A stretch of DNA of 64,000 nt, taken from positions 372,001 through 436,000 of the forward strand of contig NC_043012.1 in NCBI RefSeq assembly GCF_006345805.1, in the 5' to 3' direction. Every line of letters starts with the position of its first letter. Positions within the stretch are counted from its first letter, which is position 1. The notes beneath the pieces were generated by a model. That model did no database searches. It was not told the DNA's origin and saw only the letters and a program-made list of their open reading frames with translations. This document shows, in pieces, positions 24,824 to 37,900 of the stretch. The DNA is from Octopus sinensis (Eukaryota). Position numbers and translations under genes: made by a program.

Positions 24824-26081
24824 ACACACACAAACATGCACACACTTAATTTTAAAAATTAATATTTAGCAGAAATAACGGAGTAGCGTAAGAGGCTACG
24901 GAAAAAGCCGGAATTGACCGGTCGGTCTGGAAATATCTCGACCGCTGCTTTTCGGGAAATTACGTATCCTGTCAGCGTGTGTTCATACAAATATGTGACA
25001 TGTTTGCAGCATTAGAGCGTTTAGCTCTTATTTCTAGCTATGTAGGTGTTTCTAACATCTTCAGTCATATTTAATGACGGTTACAGTTTTCCTTTTTTGG
25101 TACATATTGCTTACAGATGACTACATTAATTATTTGTATACACATTAGCGATTCGTTAAATCATCCAAAGATTTCTATGGTGTAGTCATATATGCAGGCG
25201 GTGATCTCCGTTCGAGAACAACCGAGTCGGGTAGTATCTCACTGAAGATGCTACGGTAAAGGAACCTAAACTGACCGGGAATATAACGACACCTGATTTT
25301 CGGGCGATTACGTTCCCTGTCAGCATGGATGTGTATAATTTGCAGTTGCAGTGAAACTCAAAAGATATATATATATATATATAAACTTACTTGGAGGAAA
25401 CGAAACGAATCAAATCGACGCGAGGGCGCTCAGTCCTACAATAGTGTAATAAATAAAATATATGCATACATATATACATATATGTACGTACCTACATCTA
25501 CATGTATATATACATGCATATATAAATATATATACGTGAGTAGTACAGGACAGTTGTTTTTACGTTTTCGTTTCTCGTCGAGTTCTACGTCTATTTGTGG
25601 TGTCCTGTACTCACGTATATATATTTATATATGCATGTATATATACATGTAGATATAGGTACGTACATATATGTATCTATGTATGCATATATTTTATTTA
25701 TTACACTGTATATATATATAATATATATATATATATATACACTTGTATGTGTGTATGTGTATATATATGGAAAGCAAATAAATTTGGGAAAAACTTAAAA
25801 GAAAAGTTTTTAAAATGAATATTTGCATAGCATTCAAATACAAGGGCATTTTCCTTGTTTCTGCCTGGATCTGTCTCTCTTGTTTTACTCTTGTGGGTTC
25901 GAGTTCGTTGTTAGGGAAGAAGAAGAAGAAGAAGAAAAGAAGAAGAAGAAGACAAAGAAGAAGAAGAGGAGGGGGAGGAGGAAGGAGAAGAATGCAGGAG
26001 TGCCATGATAGTAGTATATTAAATGGTCACAGGTCCTGAAAATCACCCGTTGTGGATGGTAGTAGTGATTGAATTCTTGAG

Positions 26082-27305
26082 TAAGGGAAAATTAACCATT
26101 TGCTCTACATGCATGATCTGAAGCTTTTTAGTAAGAATGAAAAGGCGATAGATTCCTTAATACAGACTGTAAGACTTCAGCAAAGATATAGGCATGGAAT
26201 TTGGCATAGATATGTGTGAAATATTTGTCATGAGAAGGGAGCAAAAAGTCAACAGCGAAGGCATTCAATTATCAGATGGCCAGACGTTAAAATCATTGAA
26301 AAGCGGAGAGAGTTATAAGTATCTAGGAGTATCAGAATCTGACACAGTACTAACTACAGAAATGAAAACGAAAATTGAGGAGTACATCAGAAGGGTAAGG
26401 AAGTTAATGAAGTCAAAGCTAAATGGTCCGAATCTAGTGAAGGCTGTAAATACTAGGGGCACTATCATCATTTAGATACTCAGCAACTTTTGTAGATTGG
26501 ATAAAAACTGAATTAGCAAAGCTAGACAGAAGACCTAGGAAGGAATTCAATATGAATGGAGGACTCCAATCAATGGCAGAAGTAGCAAGATTATACTTAC
26601 CTAGAGAGGAAGGTGAAAGAGGGCTAACATCAATAGAAGACTGCTAGAGTACATATAGACTAAGTAGGTAATAGAGAAGACAGTTTAAGAGCTGCTAGAG
26701 TCACAACGAGACATAAGGAAACAAGCAAAAAACAACATGAAGTTAAAAACCAGAAAAAAAGAATAAAAGTTATCTGACTGGTCGGAGAAGGCTTTGCATG
26801 GTAGATTTTTAAAGATAGCTGCAGCAAATAGTAGTAGAGAGACATGGTTATGGTTGCAGAAAAGAAGGCTGCAAAGGGAGACAGAGTGTGTTAGTAGCAG
26901 CACAAGATCAACTATTAAGGACTAATTGAATAAATGTCATGTCAAAAACCAAGTAGATCCCCAATGTGGGCTATGCAAATCAAAGGAGGAAAGGGTTTTT
27001 CATATAATGAGTGAATGTAGTATACCAGCGCAGAAAGAATAGAAGAAAAGGTATAACAACCTTGGAAGAGTAATCCACTGGGAGCTATGTAGAAAGCAGG
27101 ACTTGACCATACTGATAAATGGTATGAATATGAACCTAGTAAAGTACTAGAAAGTAAGAAATATAAAATATAGTGAGACTTTAACATTCGGACTGACAAA
27201 GTAATAGAAGCTTGAAGGCCTGTTTTAGTAGTAGTAGTAGATAAAGTAGTAGATAAAGAGACTAGAAAGTGCCAGATAACTGACTTTACAGTCCCAGCAT
27301 AGCCG
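26082..27305 (+). mobile_element. R4/Dong-clade LINE fragment: RT C-terminal half, CCHC knuckle, start of REL endonuclease; pseudogenised
   Basis: KINHLLYMHDLKLF, MEFGIDMC, YKYLGV, KSKLNGPNLVKAVNT, RLYLPREEGERGLTSIEDC, CGLCKSKEERVFHIMSEC and DFNIRTDKVIEA, with many stops and frameshifts. Confidence 0.92.
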
Positions 27306-27344
27306 GTTTTAATGACTGTAACAATTAAATAAAATATATCTACA

Positions 27345-27509
27345 GGCGCAGGAGTGGCTGTGTGGTAAGTAGCTTGTTTAATAACCACATGGTTCCGGGT
27401 TCAGTCCCACTGCGTGGCATCTTGGGCAAGTGTCATCTACTATAACCTCGGGCCTACCAAAGCCTTGTGAGTGGATTTGGTAGCCGGAAACTGAAAGAAG
27501 CCCGTCGTA

Positions 27510-27557
<48 letters not shown>

Positions 27558-27755
27558 TGTGTGTGTTTGTCCCCCTAGCATTGCTTGACAACCGATGCTG
27601 GTGTGTTTATGTCCCCGTTACCTAGCGGTTCGGCAAAAGAGACCGATAGAATAGGTACTGGGCTTACAAAAGAATAAGTCCCGGGGTCGAGTTGCTCGAT
27701 TAAAGGGGGTGCTCCAGCATGGTCGCAGTCAAATGACTGAAACAAGTAAAAGAGT
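27345..27755 (+). mobile_element. SINE family B, full length
   Basis: Same head, core and tail as 14926-15495. Confidence 0.93.
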
Positions 27756-28169
27756 ATATATTTGTTTTAATTTCTGTTGTAGCAATAGGATATATTTGAC
27801 TAACACAAGGGTTCATACAGAGAAAAATTACGTGAGCTTTAGGATGTAATGCCAACGATGGATCGGTTTGAAAGCAGATATTTTTGCAATGGTGGTATAG
27901 GTGATGGTTTCAGTGGTGGCGTTGGTTGTAATAGTGTTGGTGGAGGGTTTTTTTCAAATGGTGGTGGGATTGTTACTTTTATTGTTCAAAACATAGATCG
28001 CAATTGATCGACCACGCCCTACATCAAAGAAAAGCCAAGCATACTGAGTCTTAAACTACATTACCGTCGACGTCGGCTTTATTTTGTATCTGAGTATTTA
28101 TTTTCTTCTTTGTTGAACGCTTCTTTTATGGTGATACCATTGATGATTCTTAGACCAATTCTTACATAG

Positions 28170-28650
28170 AAGAGCCGATGACATTGAATCAATGGTAATA
28201 TTAGTAAAGATCGTAGTTGATATTTTGGAGTTGGTCTCTCGACAAAATCAACTTCCTTCCTATTCTTTTCTGGTGGCTTAGAAATTTTTGGTTCCAATAG
28301 TGATGGAACACCGCCACTTGATACAGTGTCGGACTGTGCTTCAAACGATTTAGGCTCAATTCCAGTGGCTTTCAGTGTTGCTTTGAGTTGTTCCTTGTAT
28401 CTTCGAAGTGAGATCACAGAATAAGACATAACGTGGGAATCTATATGTCCTGACCAACGAAGACGCTATGTCATGATCAACGATTCGATATTTTGACTGT
28501 TGCCTCTTTACAGGACTTTGTTGTTGGTCACATAATGTTCCAATTTCAGGCTCAAGATTAAGCGAAGTGTCCTAACATTTTTTAATATCGTAGAATGTGG
28601 TTTCAGGGAGATTTTGCATTGCTAGTGACAATCAAGAGTGTCTTTGTTTG
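28170..28650 (-). mobile_element. RTE (BovB-like) LINE 3' fragment
   Basis: Minus strand: YVTNNKVL*RGNSQNIESLIMT*RLRWSGH ... RRYKEQLKATLKATGIEPKSFEA. Confidence 0.75.
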
Positions 28651-30145
28651 TCTTGTGTGTCAAGTTTGGAGTCATTATCAATTATTTTAAATTGACGTTG
28701 GATCTAAAAGTTTATTTAAACGCTGTGTAAGAATTAAGCTTTTGTACAATTCGCATTTATAGAATACAATAAATGTGTTTTCTAAGCAATTTATTAACTA
28801 ATTTCTAAATTTTACATTTTGAATTTCTCACTACATTTCCGAACCTGTTGCTTTTGTATAGTTGATATATGGCCAACCCTGATCAAACAGTCCTATGTTG
28901 AATGACATTACGACTGTGACAATCCCTCTATATGTTTAGCTAGTACAAAATAATTCAACGTGCCCTTGTTTCTAAGATGATGACAATTCGCGGGGGATGG
29001 TGCAGACGTTTCTAGAAGGTCGGATGCCCACATACAGATTGGTTATATTCATTACACTATTATTCCCTTTCCAAATGCTTCTTATGATTTTCTCCATATA
29101 AGCTAACAAGTTTTAAGCTATGGCGTATCTGCTCTGTTTTCCATATAGAAATTATCGAAAGTAAGCCCAATTGATAGACCAGCGGAGAGAATATCAATCT
29201 AAGCGCTTGGTTAGTTTTCTAATCTAGCGTGGATTTTTGGAAATTCATATGAACAGTAATATCTCCTAAATGATTTGCGTGAATGTTAGGATTCGTTGGT
29301 AATGGCATTCATTGGCAAACCAATAAAATCCTATTCAAAAGTTTAAAAAAAACATGACGTGCCACTGTCTGATTGCTCAGAGATGTCAAACTTTTATTTG
29401 TTGAATGTATTATAAAGTGTTTGTGCATGGATAATGTTATTATCAAGTACGTATAACTTCGCTATACAAACTTGTATAATAATTGCTTTAACAATGTGAA
29501 ATTTTTTGTATGTTTTTGGGGCACGTATAGAAATAGAATTCACAAAATAATGCGTGTCCGAATTTAAAACTCAATTACTTCACTTATTATATTCAACAAT
29601 ATGCGATAACATCTATTGAATTATAACCGTGATTAAATAAAACTACCTCAAGTTAAAATGTTTCCAACTAGCGAAGCTTATCTCCAAACTACAAACTAAC
29701 AAAACAAAATTTATGCTCCTACTAACAACAGCAAATCGACGAACCGTTGCTACCACGTGCCACGTTTCAATGGACAGGTGGACTAGGCGGGTTCCTGAGA
29801 ATTAATTTGAAAGAAACATATTAATATATGAACAGACATCCCATTTCTATCTTCATTTCTCTCCAATGTCATCTTTACATTTCTTATTTCTAGGAAATAT
29901 TACGTAACTACCTTTAACAGTTAATTTCAATCAATCACAAAATTTCCCCCTCTACCATGTTCGAATTGAAATGCAAGTTGATGTCGTTAATTCAAAATGT
30001 AAAACATTACACATAAACATATCACTTTATCCTGTATAACAAAATTCGAGCGATTAAATAATCTATTTATCCTTTCGTGGGATGAAAAGCTAAGTTTGAT
30101 CTGATTTTATTCTAACCGTAAACCTTTATCAAAGGAAAATTCCCA

Positions 30146-30520
30146 TTATCTATTTGTTATTTGTAGCACATATTTGTAGCATGGAGTTCCGTCATACTGA
30201 AAACTTTCATCTTCATCCAAGTCTGGTATCAAATTGTCCTTCAGCAACTGGATGTATTTGCCACTATTCAAGTTACCGTCAATTTTAACCACCTTCCTTG
30301 AACCATCACTTTTTATGTATCCCCAAAGCATCAGACTTTTACCCCCAAACTTCACTGTTTTCGTCGTGTAACGTGAGTCGTTTCACTTTTCTAGAGGCTT
30401 TCTGACCAATTCTCACTGCATCCTCATTGTTTTATATGAGGTGGCCGAAAACGTTTGCACAGCCATTTTTTGTGGTCATCTCGTAGGTTCCTCTCTCATT
30501 CAGAACCCCTACTACAAAAT
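30146..30520 (-). mobile_element. Tc1 transposase catalytic-domain remnant
   Basis: VKFGGKSLMLWGYIKSDG..KIDGNLNSGKYIQLLKDNLIP..FQYDGTPC, equivalent to Tc1 VKHGGGSVMVWG..FQQDNAPCH. Confidence 0.8.
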
Positions 30521-31411
30521 ATAATGTTTTGATATGGAAATGACATCGATTAATTCATTTACTCTGTATGACATAGCGTTTTTGGATAATTAGTAATACA
30601 AGACATCAATTTTAATGACCATACAATTTTAGTTTCGCTGAAAAGACTAGAGAAAATATTACATCGCAGATTTTATATAACCATGGATAGAAAATGTAGG
30701 ACAAGTCTGATTAATTTTTAAGTCTTCTTAGAATTTCATCCGGGAATGAGTATTCATTTCCTAACCACGTAGAGACGAGTAGTTCACAGCTCTTTGGAAG
30801 GTATACAGACTCTATAAACTAGTCAGAAACCTCTACTCTTACTGTTCCAAGAGACATAACATCTATGGTGTATCTATTTTATTTATTTGTCATAACGAGG
30901 CTAAAAGCGTATGTTTATTATTTTTTTTAAATAGACTATGTCCTATATTTCAAATTATCCAAATGTTCCATAAAATTTACAATGAAATAAGCAATCCACA
31001 TTTTCGCCAGATTCACTCTAATAAGAATTAGATTGACCAATTTAACTGAGTTCTACGTGATGCAACGTATTAGCGATTATGAGTTATAGATCCCTTTCCA
31101 TAAAGATGGCGGATATGATGGATATTATCTTTTCTAATATGGATCTAAGGAAACTAGACACTAAGTTTTTAAATCACTCTTTCTGACATCAAAGAGAGAA
31201 CAAATCCTTTATTTCGCCTCTTTGTTTGGTTTTCGTAAAACGAGGTTAAAACTGAATCTTTACTAAAGGGAAACGAAATATGTTTCAAATTATAATTAAA
31301 CGCAGTGCAGTAAATTCTGAATTCATTACGGTGCTTTATATGCATACATGCATATACACATACGTACATACATACATGCATACATACATACATACATACA
31401 TAAATATGTAT

Positions 31412-31495
<84 letters not shown>

Positions 31496-31503
31496 ATATA
31501 TAA

Positions 31504-31535
<32 letters not shown>

Positions 31536-31597
31536 AACAATAATAATAATAATATATAATATATATATAATATAATAATAATAATATAATAATAATA

Positions 31598-31630
<33 letters not shown>

Positions 31631-32099
31631 GTTATTATTATCATCATCATTATTGCTGCTGTTGTTGTTTCAGTTTCCATACATTATTCTACAATAGAAT
31701 CAAGTACGGGGAAGCCCCTGCGAAGCTTTTCATTTTAATTACGTTACTAAAGTAAACGACAATGTGACCACTTGACATGCTAGGAATAGAAATAAACACA
31801 AAAAGAGAGAAAGAAAGAAAGAAAGAAAGAGAAATAAATAAATAAAGAAAGAAATAACGAAAGAAAGAAAGAAAGAAACATATCAAGAAATAAAGCTCGC
31901 TTCACACGCTTTACTGACGTAAAAACAAAGGCGTATTAATTAATGGCGTCCTACATAATTTATATAATATATATCTGAATAAACAAATAATTTTAATTAG
32001 AAATTTGCTCGATGAGGACTGATCTGAGTATGAAGAGGAAAACAAGAGAAACAACGAAATGAACGGCAACATCATAAACAAACAACAACAAAACAACCA

Positions 32100-32634
32100 A
32101 CTCTACCACGCATCCTACCGCCGCCGCCGCCACGACGACGACCACCACCACCACCAGCACCACAACCAACAACCGCCACCACACCAAACCACCACCACCA
32201 CCACCACCACCACAACCAAAAACCGCCACCACACCAAACCACTACCACCACCACCACCACCACCACAACCAAAAACCGCCACCACACCAAACCACCATCA
32301 CCACCACCAGCACCACAACCAACAACCGCCACCACACCAAACCACCACCACCACCACCACCACCACAACCAAAAACCGCCACCACACCAAACCACCACCA
32401 CTACTACCATCATGATGATCATCATGTTCATCATGATCATCGTCATCATCATCATCATCATCATCGTCGTCGTCGTCGTCGTCCTCCTCCTCCTCATCAT
32501 CATCGTCGTCGTCATCATCATCATCATCGTCATCATCATCATCATCATCATCGTCGTCGTCGTCCTCCACCTCCTCCTCCTCCTCATCATCATCGTCGTC
32601 GTCGTCATCATCATCATCATCATCATCGTCGTCG

Positions 32635-32667
<33 letters not shown>

Positions 32668-32710
32668 ACAACAACAACAACAACATCAGCAACAACATTA
32701 CCAACAACTT
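32100..32710. repeat. (CCA)n-derived ~51-bp minisatellite followed by compound (CAT/CGT/CCT)n
   Basis: Unit cacaaccaa(c/a)aaccgccaccacaccaaacc at 32161, 32211, 32264, 32314 and 32364. Confidence 0.9.
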
Positions 32711-32970
32711 ATAGCGTATGTTATAGTCTCCGTACAATCACTCTCCTCCAGGCAGGAGAGTACTCAATAGTCTTTACTTTCGTTTCATCGCGGAGTCGAA
32801 GTTTCGAACCTTTTCAAAATGGTTTCCTTTGGGACGAAGAAATGTGAGGCTGGTACTGAGTAATGACGACTGGTCGGAAACGGAAATGACCAGGTCTTTT
32901 TAAACAACAAACATTCAAATAGGGTAACATTTCACATTTGATCAATAATTCTATTTGAATTTGACCAAAT

Positions 32971-33360
32971 CAGGAGTGGCTGTGTGGTAAGTAGCTTGCT
33001 AACCAGCCACATGGGTCCGGATTCAGTCCTACTGCGTGGCATCTTGGGCAAGTGTCTTCTGCTATAGCCCCGGGCCGACCAATGCCTTGTGAGTGGATTT
33101 AGTAGACGAAAACTGAAAGAAGCCTGTCGTATATATGTATATATATATATATGTATGTGTGTGTGTTTGTGTGTCTGTGTTTGACAACCGATGCTGGTGT
33201 GTTTACGTCCCCGTCACTTAGCGGTTCAGCAATAGAGACCGATAGAATAAGTACTGGGCTTACAAAGAATAAGTTCCGGAGTCGAAGTGCTCGACTAAAG
33301 GCGGTGCTCCAGCATGGCCGCAATCAAATGACTGAAACAAGTAAAAGAGTAAAAGAGTAA
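32971..33360 (+). mobile_element. SINE family B, full length
   Basis: Head caggagtggctgtgtggtaagtagc; tail (GTAAAAGA)n. Confidence 0.93.
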
Positions 33361-33479
33361 ATCACTCTTGTTGTTGTTGGTCAGCTAGATCCATGATCAA
33401 AACATCCCATCTGCGATTATCCATCTCATCTTGTATAAGATACGCAAAACTGCTCAAGTTGGAACAAGTTCAGCAATTA

Positions 33480-33580
33480 TAAAGGGTGGGGGAGGGAAAG
33501 TCAATTACATCGACCCCAGTGTTTCACTGGTACTTATTTTATCGACCCCGAATGGATGAAAAGCAAAATCAATCTCCGTA
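33480..33580 (-). mobile_element. SINE family A core/tail fragment
   Basis: gtcaattacatcgaccccagtgtttcactggtacttattttatcgaccccgaatggatgaaa. Confidence 0.7.
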
Positions 33581-33895
33581 GTAAATAAGAACGTAGATAG
33601 CCGGAACGGAACATGTAAAAATAACATTATTCAGTGGTCCTATTCATTACTTAGGACTGTTATGTGGCTCGGAGTAAGATTGGTTCTTCGGCACTACTTA
33701 AATTATAAGATCAAAATTAGGTTCATGTTCAGTTAACTGAAAGAAAGAAAATGAAGAGTAGAAATTTGATAATTATTCATTATCAAAGAAACATTGTAAT
33801 ATTTACTTCGTACAGCCGTTTCCATTAGTGTCCAATAGGTAAATTACTAATTATGCTTTAAATTTGCATTTATATTATGAGCATAATTTCAGCAA

Positions 33896-34300
33896 CAGGA
33901 GTGGCTGTGTGGTAAGTAACTTGCTAACCAACCACACGGTTCCGGGTTCAGTCCCACTGCGTGGCACCTTGGGCAGGTGTCTTCTGCTATGGCCCCGGGC
34001 CGACCAATGCCTTGTGAGTGGATTTGGTAGACGGACTCTGAAAGAAGCCTGTCGTATATATGTATATATATGTATATGTGTGTGTGTGTATGTGTGTGCC
34101 TGTGTTTGTCCCCCTAGCATTGCTTGACAACCGATGCTGGTGTGTTTATGTCCCCGTCACTTAGCGGTTCGGCAAAAGACACCGATAGAATAAGTACTGG
34201 GCTTACAAAGAATAAGTCCCGGGGTCGATTTGCACGACCAAAGGCGGTGCTCCAGCATGGCTGCAGTAAAATGATTGAAACAAGTAAAAGAATAAAGAGT
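33896..34300 (+). mobile_element. SINE family B, full length, flanked by 102-bp direct repeat
   Basis: Full SINE; flanks 33793-33894 and 34301-34402 differ at 4 positions. Confidence 0.93.
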
Positions 34301-34640
34301 ATTGTAATCTTTACTTCTTACAGTCGTTTCCATTAGTGGCCAATAGGTAAATTACTAATTATGCTTTAAATTTGCATTTATATTATGAGCATAATTTCAG
34401 CAGACAAAATATATACATTAAGTTATTACATTCCGTCCATTTCGTTCAGGACAGCAGATTAAATATGCTTAATATATACCTATTGATTTAAGGACATTTC
34501 ATCTCCCAAATGTACTCGGCATAGAACCAGTGTTTTCTTGGATGTAACGATCCCTTTATGAGGTTAACATATATCCACTAAGCAACATATATATTCATAT
34601 AATAAAAAATAATATATAATATATATAATATGATAATAAC

Positions 34641-34690
<50 letters not shown>

Positions 34691-34692
<2 letters not shown>

Positions 34693-35225
34693 TCTTGGTA
34701 TAAAAGATAATGTCTTGGTATAAAAAATAATGTCTTGGTATAAAAGATGGTGTCTTGGTATAAAAGATGGGCTACAGTAAATATTCTGCTCAATATCACA
34801 GATTTGCCTGTCAGTTGTTTGACTTTAACCAGTTGAGCATGTCCCTTAGTAGCTGACGATATGTGCATCTCTGATCACGAGCAGAAGTAGTGGGGGAGCA
34901 TCATAACCATGTGTTGAGAGGGATTCTTTGGGGTTTGAATAATTCACCTCTGGAAACATGGGTGGTTCTTTCAACATCCTTAAACAACCCTTATTCATGC
35001 ACCTTTTGAGCGGGATGGGCTACTCAACCTGAAGAAAATTCTAACTGGGCCCCACCTGCAAGGTCATGGGCTGTTTATCTTGATATGAGATCACCATGTC
35101 GCGCACATATGGTTGTGATGCATGTGCCTGGTGTACCCTTATCAGGCGGGTAGCTATGATGGGTATATTGGGCTTCGTATATTTTACCCCAGTGTCACTT
35201 TGATGGCATGAACTGCTCTCTCACT
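34691..35225 (+). mobile_element. (TAA)n-tailed retroposon 3' segment, copy 2
   Basis: Homologous to 5201-5753, (AAT)n on both sides. The 5' junction carries a 20-bp unit four times. Confidence 0.78.
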
Positions 35226-35540
35226 TAATAATAATAATAATAATAATAATATATGCATATATGGGTATAGGACGTCACCAGCGTTGCAAATAAAATGAAA
35301 TACGTAAACAACGACCCAAAAAATGGAAACTGGACTAGTTAACACAGAAAAAGGACCCTTCATCAGCTTTCGGCTGTCTATCTATTCTTCATTTTCAGTA
35401 TATGTGTGTGTGTGCGTGCATACATACATATATACATATATATACAAGTGTTTATTTGTATATGTATATGTACGTGTAGACACAGACAATACATACATAT
35501 ATATATATAGGGATAGATGTAGATAGATAGGTAGAATATG

Positions 35541-35577
<37 letters not shown>

Positions 35578-35734
35578 GAGAGTTAGATATATAGATATCC
35601 CCATTAATTAAGTCTTTCAAACGAGAACGGAGATATAAGCTATCCAAATGAATACATAGAGTTCTTGAGAAAACCAATGGTTGAGAGAAAGTTTGCACTA
35701 TTTTAACTGTTTTGTGTATATACATTCATGTGTT

Positions 35735-35768
<34 letters not shown>

Positions 35769-35844
35769 TATGTATATGCATATATGTATATAGATACATG
35801 CATATACATCCCTCCACAGACACACACACACATATATACTCTCT

Positions 35845-36240
35845 CTTTACTCTTTTACTTGTTTCAGTCATTTGACTGCGGCCATGCTGCAGCACCGCCT
35901 TTAATTGAGCAACTCGACCCCGGTAAGCCCAGTACTTGTAAGCCCAGTACTTATTCTATCGGTCTCTTTTGCCGAACCCTTAAGTAACGGGGACATAAAC
36001 GCACCAGCATCGGTTGTCAAGCAATGCTAGGGAGACAAACACAGACACACAAACACACACACGCATATATATACATATGTACGACGGGCTTCTTTCAGTT
36101 TCCGTCTACCAAATCCACTCACAAGGCTTTGGTCGGCCCGAGGCTATAGCAGAAGACACTTGCCCAAGGTGCCACGCAGTGGGACTGAACCCGGAACCAT
36201 GTGGTTGGTAAACAAGCTACTTACCACACAGCCACTCCTG
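35845..36240 (-). mobile_element. SINE family B, full length
   Basis: Reverse-complement head ...ttaccacacagccactcctg at 36240. Confidence 0.93.
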
Positions 36241-36749
36241 TGTAAATATAGTAGACATACCACAGGACAAAATCTCTAGTTCTTAGCAAGATATTGAATC
36301 ACTGAGATATCATAGCGGCTCCTTAACAGGTGGGCACTGCTCTGAGAATTTTCAACTTAATGAATGAGTAGTATGGTTAAATGGACCTAGTGTATGTTAC
36401 TTAAAGTATATACGGATTATATACTACAGACTGCTTCTCGAAGCATCTACGATGTTGTGATAATTTACCTTATCAGCCGCTGTTAACTTGAAGACTGCCA
36501 TTCATTTATTTGCACAACAAATCAATGATTTATATCAAAAGTGGTGGCCCATTCTTCCGAGTTCTTTTATAGGGCTTAGAGAAAGCGAAGGACTGTTACA
36601 ATGAGAGTGTGAATTTGAAGGAGGAATTTGTTGAATAAAATCGTAATTAACAGATCATCCTATATTTTATTTTACCCACAGCATTGAAATTCTCGGAAAC
36701 TCCGTCGCATACTCGAAGTTTAAAGTGACAGATAAATAGATGGATAGGC

Positions 36750-36789
<40 letters not shown>

Positions 36790-36792
<3 letters not shown>

Positions 36793-37125
36793 TAAATTAA
36801 ATTAGAGATAAAACCACTATTAGGCAAATCATACAATGAAAAACTTAAGTGAATACATAAGATTAATTAATTTATATTATTTAAAATATATAACAAAATT
36901 ATTAAAAAAAGATAATGAGTATATCACTACGATCGTTTCATGGCTGTCCAATTCGTAATAATTCGAGTTACAGTCAATTTTCAGGTGATTGAAATATTTA
37001 TCTTAGCGAGGTTTTATCTCTAATTTAATATAATATAATATAATATAATATTTTACTATAAAATTAGATTCAATCCTAAATCTGATTTTTCCCTGTAAGT
37101 TTGGATTTATTCCCTAATATTTTAT
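36790..37125 (-). mobile_element. PLE-type repeat with hammerhead-like motif (36923-36989, G8 to A)
   Basis: Minus strand: AUCAC-CUGAAAA-stem II-GAAA-CGAUCGU-A-GUGAU. Palindromic stem III ACGAUCGU. Flanked by (TA)n. Confidence 0.55.
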
Positions 37126-37313
37126 TATTAATTTATATATCTATATATATATATATATATATAAAGGGAAAGTTTACGAAATAAGCAAAAGACGAAGGCA
37201 GATATATATAGATAGATAGGTAGATAGATAGATAGATTAATTGATTGACAGATAGATATATAGATTGACAGTTAGACAGACAAATAGATAGATAGGTTAA
37301 TTGATATATGCTA

Positions 37314-37645
37314 AGATCCCCTTCGGTCATGACTGACCATGGGATTGCACCTAGAAAGTTACCCTCCCAGAAACAAGTTCGGGCAAGGTTGTTTATGGGA
37401 GACCAGCAGTCACTCATGCATACCAGTCTCCCTTCACCACTCCACTGATGTTTTCCAAGGAAAATGCAAAGGCCGATACATCTTGGCACCTGTGACGTCG
37501 CAACTCGTTTCTACAGCTGAGTAAACTGGAGCAACATGAAATAAAGTGTCTTGCTCAAAAACACAACACGCAGCCCGATCGGGATTCGAACTCACAACCT
37601 CACGATCGTAACCTCGACGCTCTAACCACTGAGCCATGCGCCTTC
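37314..37645 (-). mobile_element. SINE family C
   Basis: Reverse complement of the 16665-16998 family. Confidence 0.92.
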
Positions 37646-37769
37646 ACTAATTGATATATATATATACATATATAGGTATATATATGTGGTGTGTGTGGTG
37701 TGTGTGTATGTAGATAGATAGATTAATTGATTGACAGACAGACAGATAGTTAGATAGATTAATTGACTG

Positions 37770-37802
37770 ACCGATAGTTAGATAGATAGATAGATAGATA
37801 GG

Positions 37803-37873
<71 letters not shown>

Positions 37874-37900
37874 GTAGGTAGATAAGTAGATAGACAGACA
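37770..37900. repeat. (GATA)n microsatellite
   Basis: Directly visible. Similar (TCTA)n arrays at 20841-20960 and 21470-21620. Confidence 0.95.

Noticed and set aside
32752-32843. 92-nt plus-strand exon candidate (AGEYSIVFTFVSSRSRSFEPFQNGFLWDEE)
   Set aside because: Only moderate splice sites, no partner exons and no recognisable homology.
35355-35385. Minus-strand CUGAUGA (cagccgaaagctgatgaaggg)
   Set aside because: GAAA precedes rather than follows the box, and no helices close a core.
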